Shown here: positions 19,054 through 28,740 of the stretch, piece by piece
Layout: each line of letters begins with the position of its first letter
Position numbering within the stretch: the first letter of the stretch is position 1
DNA from: Spirochaetia bacterium
GTDB taxonomy: Bacteria; Spirochaetota; Spirochaetia; DSM-2461
Reading direction: 5' to 3'
Length of the DNA stretch: 64,000 nt
Assembly (NCBI GenBank): GCA_963668315.1
Contig: OY764216.1
Location: forward strand, 4,896,001 to 4,960,000
The notes under the pieces: generated by a model
What the model saw: the letters and a program-made list of their open reading frames with translations, nothing else
Databases searched by the model: none
Told to the model about the DNA's origin: nothing
Program-made: the position numbers and the translations under genes

Positions 19054-20298
19054 ATGAATCAGACAATTGCTCCCTGGTGGAATGAAGGGAAATTCGGACT
19101 TTTCATCCATTTCGGACTCTACTCGACCCTGGCCGGCGAGTATAAGGGAAAACGGACCGACAATATCGCCGAATGGATTATGCACGACCTGGATATTCCC
19201 CGGGAGGAGTACCGCAGACTGGCCGATGATTTTAATCCGGTCAATTTCGACGCGGACAGGATGGTCCGCTCGGCTCGGGACGCGGGCATGTCCTATGTGG
19301 TCTTTACTTCCAAGCACCATGAGGGTTTTGCCATGTATGACTCGCAGGTAAGCTCCTATTCCGCGGCGAAGGGCTCCCCCTTCGGACGTGACCCTCTGGC
19401 GGAGCTGCGAACGGCCTGCGATAAGTACGGCCTCAAGCTCTGCATCTACTACAGCCAGGCCCAGGACTGGGATGACCCGGACGCCTGCCGGGACGGATTT
19501 ACCGGAGAGGGACGCGACTTCGACAGCTATTTTTACGGGAAATGCGTCCCCCAGGTGAAGGAACTCCTGACCAATTACGGCGAGATCGGCCTGATGTGGT
19601 TCGATACTCCCATGTACATGAGCCGGGAGCGGTCCGTTGAACTGAAGAATCTGGTGAAATCCCTGCAGCCAAACTGTCTCGTCAGTGGACGGGTGGGAAG
19701 CGGCCTGGGCGACTATATGACCACCGGGGACAACTTCATTCCCCTGCTCCCCTTCGATGGCCCCTTCGAAGTCCCCGCCACCATGAATTCAACCTGGGGC
19801 TTTAACCGGTATGACAAGAACTGGAAAAGTTCCGGTGACATTATCAGATCTCTGGTGAAGATTGTCTGCCGGGGAGGAAATTACCTTCTGAATATCGGCC
19901 CCGACGGAACGGGGCAGGTTCCCGAAGAGAGCTACGCCCTCCTGGATTCGATAGCTTCCTTTATGGGGAAAAACGGGAAAAGCGTTATCGGGGCTTCCCC
20001 CGTACCGGTGTATCCCTACGATGTGGAGGGAATCTATTTCACCGCCTCTTCCCATCGGCTCTATATCCATAACTTCAGGCAGAGGGAATCCCTTTATCTC
20101 CTCAATATTGCCAGCACCCCTTTAAAATGTTATCTTCTCAGCAGCGGAGAAGAGCTGACGATCAAGGAACGGGAGACCTGCGAAGGGGACAGCAGCTGGC
20201 TGATCCCCCTCCCCCCCATGGAAGCCGAAGAAACAGACCAGGTTATCTGCGTGGAAATCGAAGAAGAGTATGTTGCCTTCGAACCGATCCACTGGTAA
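19054..20298 (+). CDS. GH29 alpha-L-fucosidase family glycosidase
   Basis: 'KFGLFIHFGLYS', 'AEWIM', 'TSKHHEGF', 'ELLTNYG...MWFD' and 'GGNYLLNIGP' motifs. No signal peptide. Confidence 0.9.
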   Translation: MNQTIAPWWNEGKFGLFIHFGLYSTLAGEYKGKRTDNIAEWIMHDLDIPREEYRRLADDFNPVNFDADRMVRSARDAGMSYVVFTSKHHEGFAMYDSQVSSYSAAKGSPFGRDPLAELRTACDKYGLKLCIYYSQAQDWDDPDACRDGFTGEGRDFDSYFYGKCVPQVKELLTNYGEIGLMWFDTPMYMSRERSVELKNLVKSLQPNCLVSGRVGSGLGDYMTTGDNFIPLLPFDGPFEVPATMNSTWGFNRYDKNWKSSGDIIRSLVKIVCRGGNYLLNIGPDGTGQVPEESYALLDSIASFMGKNGKSVIGASPVPVYPYDVEGIYFTASSHRLYIHNFRQRESLYLLNIASTPLKCYLLSSGEELTIKERETCEGDSSWLIPLPPMEAEETDQVICVEIEEEYVAFEPIHW

Positions 20299-20314
20299 AA
20301 GGAGAATAATCAGC

Positions 20315-21469
20315 ATGAATATGAACGACCTTATCTATCCCGAAAACATTCTCACAGGCGATGCCTATGACTTTCCTTCCGTGGAGAGACCCGTATCGGC
20401 TCCCCTGTACCAGACCTCCCTCTTCTCCTTTCCCGATGCGGAATCCCTTGAGAGGGCCATGCAGGATGAAACGGCGAACTGCCTTTACAGCCGGGGAAAC
20501 AATCCGACGGTGAACCTGGTAGAGAAAAGGATAGCCGAGCTGGAAGGAGGAGAACAGGCCAAGCTCCTCTCCTCGGGCGCTTCGGCCATCGCGGCCGCCA
20601 TTCTTTCCTGCGTCAGCCAGGGCGACCATATCATCTGCAGCAACGAAGCCTACGGCTGGGCGCGGTATATGAGCAGTACCTATCTGGAACGGTTCGGCGT
20701 CACGGCCACCTTCGTCGACGCCTCCGATCCGAAGGCTGTGGAAGAGGCCATAACGGACAGAACGAAAGTTCTCTACCTGGAAAGCCCCAGTTCCCTCCTG
20801 CTGCGTGTTCAGGATCTCAGGGCCATGGCGGAACTGGCGAAAGCCCACGGGATAACCACGATTACCGACAATACCTGGGCCACGCCCCTCCATCAGAATC
20901 CCCTGAAGATGGGGATAGACATGGTCGTTCACTCCGCATCAAAGTACCTGGGCGGCCATAGCGACCTTATCGGAGGAGTCGTCATAGGCAGCAGCGAGCG
21001 GATACAGCACCTGTTTAAAACAGAGTTTCTCCCTATCGGGCAGGTGCCCGACCCCTTCCAGGCCTGGCTTATCCAGCGGGGTATGCGGACACTCCATCTC
21101 AGAGTGGCCCAGCACTACAAAGCCGCCCTTGAGGTATGCGATTTTCTCTATGATCATGGAAAAGTGGCGGAGATCAATTACCCCATGCACCCCAAAAGCC
21201 CCTGGTTCGAACTGGCTTCCCGGCAGATGACCGGCGGTTCGGGCCTTCTTTCCCTGCGTCTCAAGTCCAATGAAAAGGAAAAAGTTTTCCGGGCCGTCAA
21301 CAGCCTTGCCCATTTCAGAATAGGCGTGAGCTGGGGAGGTTACGAGAGCCTTGTCTTTCCGGCGGGCGCCGGAAAGGACGGGGATCCTTCCCTTATCCGT
21401 CTCCATATAGGCCTGGAATCTCCGGAGAGCCTCATAAAGGATCTGGATCAGGCCTTCTCCCTGCTCTAA
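20315..21469 (+). CDS. Cys/Met metabolism PLP-dependent enzyme (cystathionine beta/gamma-lyase or methionine gamma-lyase family)
   Basis: 'YSRGNNPT', 'DNTWATP', PLP-lysine motif 'HSASKYLGGHSD', 'GVSWGGYESL' and 'RLHIGLE'. AAGGAG SD right after the GH29 stop. Confidence 0.88.
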   Translation: MNMNDLIYPENILTGDAYDFPSVERPVSAPLYQTSLFSFPDAESLERAMQDETANCLYSRGNNPTVNLVEKRIAELEGGEQAKLLSSGASAIAAAILSCVSQGDHIICSNEAYGWARYMSSTYLERFGVTATFVDASDPKAVEEAITDRTKVLYLESPSSLLLRVQDLRAMAELAKAHGITTITDNTWATPLHQNPLKMGIDMVVHSASKYLGGHSDLIGGVVIGSSERIQHLFKTEFLPIGQVPDPFQAWLIQRGMRTLHLRVAQHYKAALEVCDFLYDHGKVAEINYPMHPKSPWFELASRQMTGGSGLLSLRLKSNEKEKVFRAVNSLAHFRIGVSWGGYESLVFPAGAGKDGDPSLIRLHIGLESPESLIKDLDQAFSLL

Positions 21470-21479
21470 GGGAACGATG

Positions 21480-21503
21480 TACCCCGCCCTCCGGGACGGG
21501 GTA
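21480..21503. terminator. Hairpin between convergent genes
   Basis: TACCCCG-N10-CGGGGTA between the stops at 21469 and 21513. Confidence 0.5.
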
Positions 21504-21512
21504 TTGGTCCGC

Positions 21513-22895
21513 CTATTTCAGATAATCCAGCCAGGGGCTCTGGGTTGCGATCATCTGATCCACCATCTCCTCCAGATTCCTGGAACTGTTGACCACAGGA
21601 TTCGCCAGAAGGGCTTTCACCACATACTCCCTGCTTCCGGTGAGGATCGCCTCGGCCGTCAGATCGTAAACACTCACATAGTTGCGGAGAAGGGCGCAGA
21701 AATCCTTGGGAATATTAACCTTCTGTCCGGTCAGACCGTCCTTATTGATCAGGGCCGGGACTTCCAGGGCGATCCAGTCGGGAAGGTCGGCGACGCAGCG
21801 GCTCTCCGCCGGAGCGCCCGGTTCCCGGTTGAGGACATTGATGGCCCCTTCGATATATCCCTGATCCCCCTCTATCCCTTCTATGATGGGGATGACCCTC
21901 TCATGGGTCTCATCGCCGAAATGGGGCACCACATCGGCCAGAGCGTACCGGTAGGAGGAGTAGAAATCCTCTATTCCCTTGTGATCCGATCTTTCCCAGG
22001 CCCAGCCGATGTATTCCCCGATATGGCTGTCCGTCGTAATGGGGAGGAGCTTATAGGTCTCCATCAGATACTTGAAGAGGGTTCTGTCCGCCCAGGGATA
22101 GCTGCTCTCCTTTACATCGAGCATGAAGCGCTCCCGGGCTCCTTCGGTATGAATGTTCTCCCCGGTGCGTTTCGTATAGGCCCAGAGATCGGAATATCCC
22201 GGTTCCTTTTCGAAAAATGCGGGAGCCTTGGCCAGGATATCCGGATAGGCATCCTTTCCCGTGTCCTTATACTTCGCTTCCAGTACGACGGAAAAGTGAT
22301 TCAGACCTGAAGCGGTCAGTTCCAGGTTCTCAAAGGGCGTATCAAGAATGGTGGGCAGATACCTCTCCAGGGAAGCGATCTCATGGCACATACCGATGAA
22401 CTTGCAGTCGGGATATTTTCTCTTCACCGTGGTCACGATAGCCGACATGGGGTTGGAGTAGTTGAAGACAAAGGCTTCGGGGCAGTATTTCATCACATCG
22501 GCGCAGATTTCCAGGATAACCGGGACAATCCGCAGGGAGTGGAAAATCCCGCCGGGACCGCCATTCTCACCGTATACCTGTCTTACGCCGTACTGCATGG
22601 GAATTTTCCAGTCCTGGTCCCACAGTTCAAAGCGGTTTCCCACTTCAATGGAGGAGATGACATAGTCCGCTCCCTTCAGAGCTTCGGGCCTGTTGGTCGT
22701 GGCCGAGAGCTTATGTTTGAGCCCCTTCTCCCTGATCCATGCCAGACCTGCCTGGTAAACCTTGTCCAGAGCCTTGGCATTGATATCAAGCAGGGTGATA
22801 TCCATTTCCCGAAGGGACTGACTGTTGAAGATATCGTTGAGTGTTCCCACTCCGAACTGAGCGCTACCTGCACCGATAAGAACAATTTTCTTCAT
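21513..22895 (-). CDS. GH4 NAD-dependent alpha-galactosidase/alpha-glucosidase (MelA-like)
   Basis: 'KIVLIGAGSAQFG', 'GENGGPGG', 'NYSNPM', 'GMCHE' and 'GLNHF' motifs. Start at ATG 22895 with AAGGAG SD. Confidence 0.9.
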   Translation of the reverse strand: MKKIVLIGAGSAQFGVGTLNDIFNSQSLREMDITLLDINAKALDKVYQAGLAWIREKGLKHKLSATTNRPEALKGADYVISSIEVGNRFELWDQDWKIPMQYGVRQVYGENGGPGGIFHSLRIVPVILEICADVMKYCPEAFVFNYSNPMSAIVTTVKRKYPDCKFIGMCHEIASLERYLPTILDTPFENLELTASGLNHFSVVLEAKYKDTGKDAYPDILAKAPAFFEKEPGYSDLWAYTKRTGENIHTEGARERFMLDVKESSYPWADRTLFKYLMETYKLLPITTDSHIGEYIGWAWERSDHKGIEDFYSSYRYALADVVPHFGDETHERVIPIIEGIEGDQGYIEGAINVLNREPGAPAESRCVADLPDWIALEVPALINKDGLTGQKVNIPKDFCALLRNYVSVYDLTAEAILTGSREYVVKALLANPVVNSSRNLEEMVDQMIATQSPWLDYLK

Positions 22896-23005
22896 AACAA
22901 AATTCTCCTTTTTCCGAAGAAGTCTGCTGTCAGCTTCCCCGGTATGTTTTTTAAAAAATAATTTTTCCGTGATATCCGGCTCCTTCCGCCGGAACATTCC
23001 GTACA

Positions 23006-23019
23006 TGCAAACGTGTGCA
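23006..23019. promoter_or_regulatory. LacI-family operator upstream of the GH4 gene
   Basis: TGCAAACGTGTGCA has a LacI-type core and is the exact reverse complement of the site at 24079-24092. Confidence 0.8.
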
Positions 23020-23036
23020 TTTCCGTCCAAAAAAAA

Positions 23037-24056
23037 TCAGATGACACAGGATTCCCTTATAAACAGGGTCGGTTCCAGAGCGGCATGGAGCTGTCCGGAG
23101 CCCTTATCCCCCTCGATCATCTCTATCAGCTTTCGGCATCCCATCTCCACCTGTTCCTCCTTCAGCTGATGGATCGTGGTGAGGCGGGGACGAAAGAAAC
23201 TGTTGATATCAAGATCGTCATAGCCGACAACGGCGATATCTTCGGGAACCCGGATACCCAGCTCCTTCATCGCCTCGATGGCTCCGATAGCCACAATATC
23301 CGCATGGGCGGATATTCCGTCGATATTCCCCAGGTTTTCCCTGTTCTCCATGATATAGTTGTACCCCACATCAAAACTGGAAACATCGTATTTGAGGATT
23401 CTGCCCGGATCGACGTTCCTGCCCCAGTCGGACAGTGCCTTCCTGAACCCCCTGCGCCTCTCCTGGAATTCGAAAACCTCCCCGTAGGAAAGGCAGACCG
23501 GATTTCTCCTCCCCGCCTTCAGCAGGCACTCCGCCGCCAGGTAGCCCCCCTTGAAATTATCGGAATAGACATGATTGATTTTATCCTGCCTCTTATCGTT
23601 CCATTTAAAATGGATTGACACGAAGGGGATTTTCGATTCCCCGAGAACTTCCCAGTCTTCCTGATCAAGCTGATGCACGACGAGTATGATTCCATCGACC
23701 TTTTTCTGCTTGACCAGTTTCCTGATGTTGCTGAGATTCGTCCGGGGATTTTTCGGGCAGGTTATGATGCTGTCATACTGCTCCTCTTCTATCCTGATCC
23801 TCAGGCTGTCCATCAGATTTCCCAGATATTGAACGGAACGGTATTTGTCGTCATGAACGGGAAAGATGATGCCGATGGTGCCGGTTTTGCTGGTAATCAG
23901 ACTTCTGGCATTGGCATTGAGCTCAAAGTTATACTCTTCGGCGAGCTTCTTAACCCTCTGCTTCGTTTTCTCCGCGACAAGAGGGCTGTCATTCAGGCTT
24001 CTTGATACGGTCGAATGGTTGAGACCCGCTATTTTCGCCAGTTCTTTAATCGTCAT
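23037..24056 (-). CDS. LacI family transcriptional regulator
   Basis: 'TIKELAKIAGLNHSTVSRSLN' HTH, 'VPEDIAVVGYDD' and 'LTTIHQ' motifs. Confidence 0.93.
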   Translation of the reverse strand: MTIKELAKIAGLNHSTVSRSLNDSPLVAEKTKQRVKKLAEEYNFELNANARSLITSKTGTIGIIFPVHDDKYRSVQYLGNLMDSLRIRIEEEQYDSIITCPKNPRTNLSNIRKLVKQKKVDGIILVVHQLDQEDWEVLGESKIPFVSIHFKWNDKRQDKINHVYSDNFKGGYLAAECLLKAGRRNPVCLSYGEVFEFQERRRGFRKALSDWGRNVDPGRILKYDVSSFDVGYNYIMENRENLGNIDGISAHADIVAIGAIEAMKELGIRVPEDIAVVGYDDLDINSFFRPRLTTIHQLKEEQVEMGCRKLIEMIEGDKGSGQLHAALEPTLFIRESCVI

Positions 24057-24078
24057 TCATAACACCTGAAATGATTAT

Positions 24079-24092
24079 TGCACACGTTTGCA
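24079..24092. promoter_or_regulatory. LacI-family operator upstream of the lacI-like gene (autoregulation)
   Basis: TGCACACGTTTGCA, the same 14-mer as 23006-23019 in opposite orientation. Confidence 0.8.
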
Positions 24093-24191
24093 TTTTAAGC
24101 AATGAAAAGTTTCAGAATTCATAAAGTACCCGGTTCTAAGTCCGCTTCCCACCCAAAATCTTACTTCAATTACCTCCCCATGGAACGGAGG

Positions 24192-24228
24192 AAAAAGGCG
24201 GCCCGCCTATCCGATGACAGGCGGGCCG
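24192..24228 (-). terminator. Rho-independent terminator of the carboxylesterase gene
   Basis: CGGCCCGCCT-N10-AGGCGGGCCG stem with an adjacent A5 (U tract on the minus strand). Confidence 0.65.
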
Positions 24229-24265
24229 GAGAGATGTATATTAAAGAAACTTTTCAGTCACTTGC

Positions 24266-25822
24266 TTATTTACCGCCCATGGCGATGAGCGCTTCCGTGG
24301 AATCGGCATCAAAGAGAATTCTCTCTGCCGCCCCCCCGTCGCCGTTCCAGGCTTCCCAGGTAACGCCGTTAACCGTTCCCGGATTTCCCGTATAGGCGAA
24401 CTGGGCGATATAGGCCATCATGGCGTCGCTCAGAGCGGTATAGCCCTTCTCGTTTTCGGGCCGGAAAATTCCCCGGTAGATATCCAGGTAGGGGTACTGA
24501 GCCCAGACCAGCGGAAGATCCAGGGCATGGCAGGCGCCGAACTGGATGGCCGAGTTTTCGTCGGGCCAGGCGTTGTAGCCGTCCTTATTATAGGCGCCGT
24601 AATTCAGCTGATAGGCGTAAAGGGCCGGCTGGTTCTCATGGGCCGCCATGGCCGTAAGGGGATTATCCACGGCGTTTTTAATCATGAAACCGGACATGGC
24701 GACCATATTCGCCTGGTACTCCTGAGCGGCGGCCGGATCAAAGGTGAAATAATTGAAGAGTTTCATCTCTTCCTTGTTGGCTCCCATAATAAGGGGAACC
24801 TGACGGTAGGTCGCGGGATCGTTCAGAGCTTCGGCGCCGTTGGAGGGAAGAACCGTTCCGTCCATCAGGGGCATAAGCTGATCGGCCAGCATACCGAATC
24901 CGCCTGGATGATACATATTCAGCAGCTCGTCCACGCTCTTGCTTCTCAGATACGCGGCGATCTCCGATTCGCCGATATCCGTTCTGCCGTCGGCTGCCAG
25001 CATCTCGTTCAGGACCCGTTCGCTGCTCTCATCGGCCTGTGAGACGGGCACCATATTGAATCCGCCGCTCTGGGACATGGCCTTGTGAAAAAGACCTTCT
25101 GTCCGGGGGGAAACAAGCAGACTGCAGACATTGAATCCGCCGGCCGACTCACCGGCGATCATGACATTATCGGGATTTCCGCCGAAGGCTTCGATATTCG
25201 TCTGAACCCACTGAAGGGCCTTGATCATATCCATGGTTCCGTAATTTCCCGATCCGTCCAGGGAGTTCTCCCCCTCTCTCAGGGCGGGATGGCTGAACCA
25301 GCCTAAAGGTCCCAGGCGGTAATTAATCGTAACGACAACCATATGGCTCTTGCCGGCGATATTCTGTCCCTCGTATTCTGAGGCGGATCCGACCGAATTG
25401 GCCCCACCGTGAATCCAGAAATAGACGGGGAGATCCCTTTCCTGCGTCCGGGGGCGCCAGACGTTCAGATAGAGGCAGTCCTCGCTGCCGATGACACTCT
25501 GCTCGCCGGGAAAATTGCCGTCGAACTGGGGAGCGACGGGACTGAATTCCGTGGTTTCCAGAACGCCCGTCCAGGCTTCGGGTTCCCGGGGGGCTTTCCA
25601 CCGGAGTTCTCCCACCGGCGGTTTGGCAAAGGGAATACCCTTCCAAGACCAGGTTTCTTTTTCGTCTTCCGCTCCCTGAACCAGACCTTTGTCAGTCTGA
25701 ACCAGTAATCCCAGAGAATCGCCATGGGCCTCTCCCTTTGTGGCGCATCCTGAGAGAACAGATAAAATCAGGGACATACTGAAAAACAGAAGTCCAAGCT
25801 TTGAAACTCTTTTTACAGACAT
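24266..25822 (-). CDS. Type-B carboxylesterase/lipase, predicted lipoprotein
   Basis: Lipobox 'VLSGC', 'GIPFAKPPVGELRW', 'SEDCLYLNVW', nucleophile motif 'GESAGG' and 'GACHALDL'. Confidence 0.9.
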   Translation of the reverse strand: MSVKRVSKLGLLFFSMSLILSVLSGCATKGEAHGDSLGLLVQTDKGLVQGAEDEKETWSWKGIPFAKPPVGELRWKAPREPEAWTGVLETTEFSPVAPQFDGNFPGEQSVIGSEDCLYLNVWRPRTQERDLPVYFWIHGGANSVGSASEYEGQNIAGKSHMVVVTINYRLGPLGWFSHPALREGENSLDGSGNYGTMDMIKALQWVQTNIEAFGGNPDNVMIAGESAGGFNVCSLLVSPRTEGLFHKAMSQSGGFNMVPVSQADESSERVLNEMLAADGRTDIGESEIAAYLRSKSVDELLNMYHPGGFGMLADQLMPLMDGTVLPSNGAEALNDPATYRQVPLIMGANKEEMKLFNYFTFDPAAAQEYQANMVAMSGFMIKNAVDNPLTAMAAHENQPALYAYQLNYGAYNKDGYNAWPDENSAIQFGACHALDLPLVWAQYPYLDIYRGIFRPENEKGYTALSDAMMAYIAQFAYTGNPGTVNGVTWEAWNGDGGAAERILFDADSTEALIAMGGK

Positions 25823-25974
25823 AATGACCTCACTTTCGTTTTACGATAAATGTAATAAAGAAAAATACAGAAAGGAATATCAATTAACACATATTATTTG
25901 CCTATTTATACATATATTGATAGCTATGTTATACTATAAATGGATTTTCATGCTTTTTTATCCATCATTCTGTT

Positions 25975-26252
25975 TTAAACAAAAATAGAAGCATGACTTC
26001 CCAGATCTTTCAGTTTCGGGATATCCACCTCATCGATACTGCCCAGCACCATAAGCGGCAGGGGCAGCTGGTGTTTAAAGGACTCGGCCGCCTTTGTAAC
26101 GTTAAGGGTGGCATGAAGTACGATGCTCCCTGCGGTTAATGTTATTCTGGTCCCGTTTTCCAGTCCGCGACGCTTCGGGGGACGGGAAAACCAGATAACC
26201 AGAAAAACCAAAATCATAAAACAATAATGAATTTCATCCTACTCGCATTCAC
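25975..26252 (-). pseudogene. Decayed cyclophilin-like fold protein (frameshift plus internal deletion)
   Basis: SD GAGGA and GTG at 26252 lead to (M)NASRMKFIIVL*. The hydrophobic anchor continues in another frame (MILVFLVIWF...). 'RITLTAGSIVLHATLNVTKAAESFKHQLPL' joins directly to 'LGSIDEVDIPKLKDLG', lacking the central segment present in the intact paralog at 29669-30115. Confidence 0.6.
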
Positions 26253-26262
26253 AATAAATCCT

Positions 26263-27165
26263 CTAGAAGGGAAATCTGTTGAGCAGAAGTCCGAGGACCA
26301 GGGAGAAGACCATCAGAAAGGCCACATAAAATCCTACCATTCTTTTGGACAGAAAACTTCCCAGAGCCGTCAGGGCGGTAATCCGGGTGGCGGGGCCGAC
26401 AATCAGAAAAGCCATGGCCGCGCCGGTGCTCATCCCGTTCTTCATGAGCATTTCCACCAGGGGAATTACGCCTCCCCCGCAGATATAGACGGGAATGCTT
26501 ACCAGGGCGGCGAAAAGAATGTTGAGCCACTCCCGGGTCGCTCTTTCAAAAAGCAGGGAGATAGGGACAATCGCTTCGAGGAATACGCTGAGCAGAACGC
26601 CCAGAACCAGATACTTGCCGATAAACTTAAAAGTCGACCATACCCCGAGCAGATACTCTTTCCACAGGAAGTTCCTTATATCCCTCTCCCGGCCGGAGCT
26701 TTTGCATTCGATTCTGCCGTTCACATTCCCCGCTTCCAAGGCCTTTCCCTTTCCCGCGAAAATCGTCAGGAGAGAGCCCAGCAGAAGGGAGAAGAGGAAA
26801 ACGCTGAACAGCCTGGCCAGGGAAAAGGTCAGGCCGAATCCTCCCCAGGTTACCAGAAACAGCTGGGGATTTATCAGGGAGGACGCTCCCAGAAAGGTTA
26901 TAAGAGGAGCCAGCGGGGTTCCCTTCTTATAAAGTTTGATGATGATCGGAACCGTCCCGTAGGTGCAAAGGGGCGACGCCATTCCCAGCAGGGCGGCGAA
27001 CAGAACCGACAGGGCCGGTGATTTCCTGACCGCCCGCTGCACGACATCCGCCCAGGATGTGTACTTGAGGATCTCCGCCAGCAGGACGCCGATGACGACA
27101 TAGGGCAGAAAAGTCAAAAGGAGCTCAACCGACCTCAGAATAAGGGCTGTCAGGAAATCAAACAC
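26263..27165 (-). CDS. ArsP/DUF318-family permease
   Basis: 'SPLCTYGTVP', 'FLGASSLINP', 'PVYICGGGVIP' and 'GAAMAFLIVGPAT' motifs. Confidence 0.85.
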   Translation of the reverse strand: MFDFLTALILRSVELLLTFLPYVVIGVLLAEILKYTSWADVVQRAVRKSPALSVLFAALLGMASPLCTYGTVPIIIKLYKKGTPLAPLITFLGASSLINPQLFLVTWGGFGLTFSLARLFSVFLFSLLLGSLLTIFAGKGKALEAGNVNGRIECKSSGRERDIRNFLWKEYLLGVWSTFKFIGKYLVLGVLLSVFLEAIVPISLLFERATREWLNILFAALVSIPVYICGGGVIPLVEMLMKNGMSTGAAMAFLIVGPATRITALTALGSFLSKRMVGFYVAFLMVFSLVLGLLLNRFPF

Positions 27166-27176
27166 AATCGTCCGCC

Positions 27177-28685
27177 TTAAATATCCACTTTCGTGCTGTT
27201 CAGGAATCGGTCGAATCCGTAAACGGCGATGGTGGAATCATCGTTATATTCCAGATTACCGAATGAGAAGTCCGCCGCCTTTCCCGTCACCGGCTGAGAA
27301 CCGGCCAGCCTGCCGTCGATATAAACGGCCACTTTGATCAGATCCTCATTCGATGTGAGGGAACCGGTCAGGCTGTCCCCTTCCAGGACGGAAGCGGTCA
27401 GACTGATTTCGGGGTTTTCATAATCGGTATATTTTCTGATGGCCTCCGCCTGGGAACCGAAGGGCTTCTTGATGTCGCTGACCCTGACGTTTCCCAGCAC
27501 ATTGATCCGCGCCGGATCCATGATGCCCATATGATCTTCGGCCAGGTATTTGAGGTAATCCACCTGTTCCGGATCCACACCGATGATGTAGGAGTGGATG
27601 GTGTCGATGGCCAGGGCGTTCTGAGCCGCCATGATGACTCTCATGTTCTTCTTGGCCCCTTCATAAGTGTCGGCGCCCTGGCCGATGGGACCGTATTCCA
27701 TGCCCTGCAGTCCGTCGGTAATAACGAAATCGACCGGTTTGACCATGTAGAAGTCGTGGATGAATTTGTTCAGGGGCTCCCAGGAGTGGTCCACTCCCAG
27801 ACGGCTCAGGGGCATGATGGTGGAGGCCATGACGGGATTGCCGTAAACCCGGGGCGGAGCGGTACCGATGCCCACGTTCTTGACACCCCCGGTTATGGCC
27901 GCATTTCCATGGCTTTTCAGCAGGGGAAGGTCGATGACCACATCGGCGGAGTAATAAAGTTCATCAATATAGTAGTTACCCTCGGTCCACTTGTCCAGAT
28001 CGTCGGTGTAGCGTTTATACTGGCCGATAGAAACCGCCGTCAGATCGCTGGTATCCACGGAGTACAGATCGTCTCCCGAATCATCGTAATTGAGGATTTC
28101 GTCGACTGCGGGCAGATTCTCCTTCGTCCATCCCAGAATCTCCATGTTACCCGCCGTATCGTCCCAGCAGGACGTTTCCATCACATAGATCTTCCCGTTC
28201 GGGTTCAATTCCCGTACCAGTTCGGAAGCGACCTTGATAACCCGGTAATCGGTGGCGATACCGTTCACTTTCTGCGCGAGCCTGTTCTCATCTTTGCTCG
28301 CCATACCATCCACACGGTGATAGGCCGAAATCAGATTGGGCTTGAGTACGACAAAGTCGCCGTCATGGACAATATCGCCGAGCCCGCCGGCCAGGGCTAC
28401 CGCCTCTTTTATCATAAGGCGGATATCCTCTTCGGTGATCTCTTCGGCGTGTTCCTTGTCACTCCGGATCAGAGCGACATCGGCAGTCTCTCCCTCATAG
28501 GTCTTAATGTCGGCTCTCTGTATATCCGTCAAGGGCTCAACGGAATTCATCCGGTAACTCTGACAGGCAAAAAAGACAAGGCCGATGACGATAATCGCGG
28601 CCAGAACAATCCCCGTTCTCTTCAGACCGGTAAGCAGGGATCTTTTCTTTTTCCCCTCTATTTTGACAGACTTCTCTCTTCCCAT
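27177..28685 (-). CDS. DUF362 domain protein with N-terminal membrane anchor and C-terminal beta-rich domain
   Basis: 'VVLKPNL', 'LKSH....TGGVKN.G', 'DGLQGMEYGP' and 'NALAIDT' DUF362 motifs. N-terminal basic and hydrophobic stretch. Start 28685 (AAGGAG SD) or 28700. Confidence 0.78.
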   Translation of the reverse strand: MGREKSVKIEGKKKRSLLTGLKRTGIVLAAIIVIGLVFFACQSYRMNSVEPLTDIQRADIKTYEGETADVALIRSDKEHAEEITEEDIRLMIKEAVALAGGLGDIVHDGDFVVLKPNLISAYHRVDGMASKDENRLAQKVNGIATDYRVIKVASELVRELNPNGKIYVMETSCWDDTAGNMEILGWTKENLPAVDEILNYDDSGDDLYSVDTSDLTAVSIGQYKRYTDDLDKWTEGNYYIDELYYSADVVIDLPLLKSHGNAAITGGVKNVGIGTAPPRVYGNPVMASTIMPLSRLGVDHSWEPLNKFIHDFYMVKPVDFVITDGLQGMEYGPIGQGADTYEGAKKNMRVIMAAQNALAIDTIHSYIIGVDPEQVDYLKYLAEDHMGIMDPARINVLGNVRVSDIKKPFGSQAEAIRKYTDYENPEISLTASVLEGDSLTGSLTSNEDLIKVAVYIDGRLAGSQPVTGKAADFSFGNLEYNDDSTIAVYGFDRFLNSTKVDI

Positions 28686-28740
28686 TCCTATCTCCTTCAT
28701 GTTTTTTCTGAGAAACGTTTCACCATGTCAGCCCGGAAGA

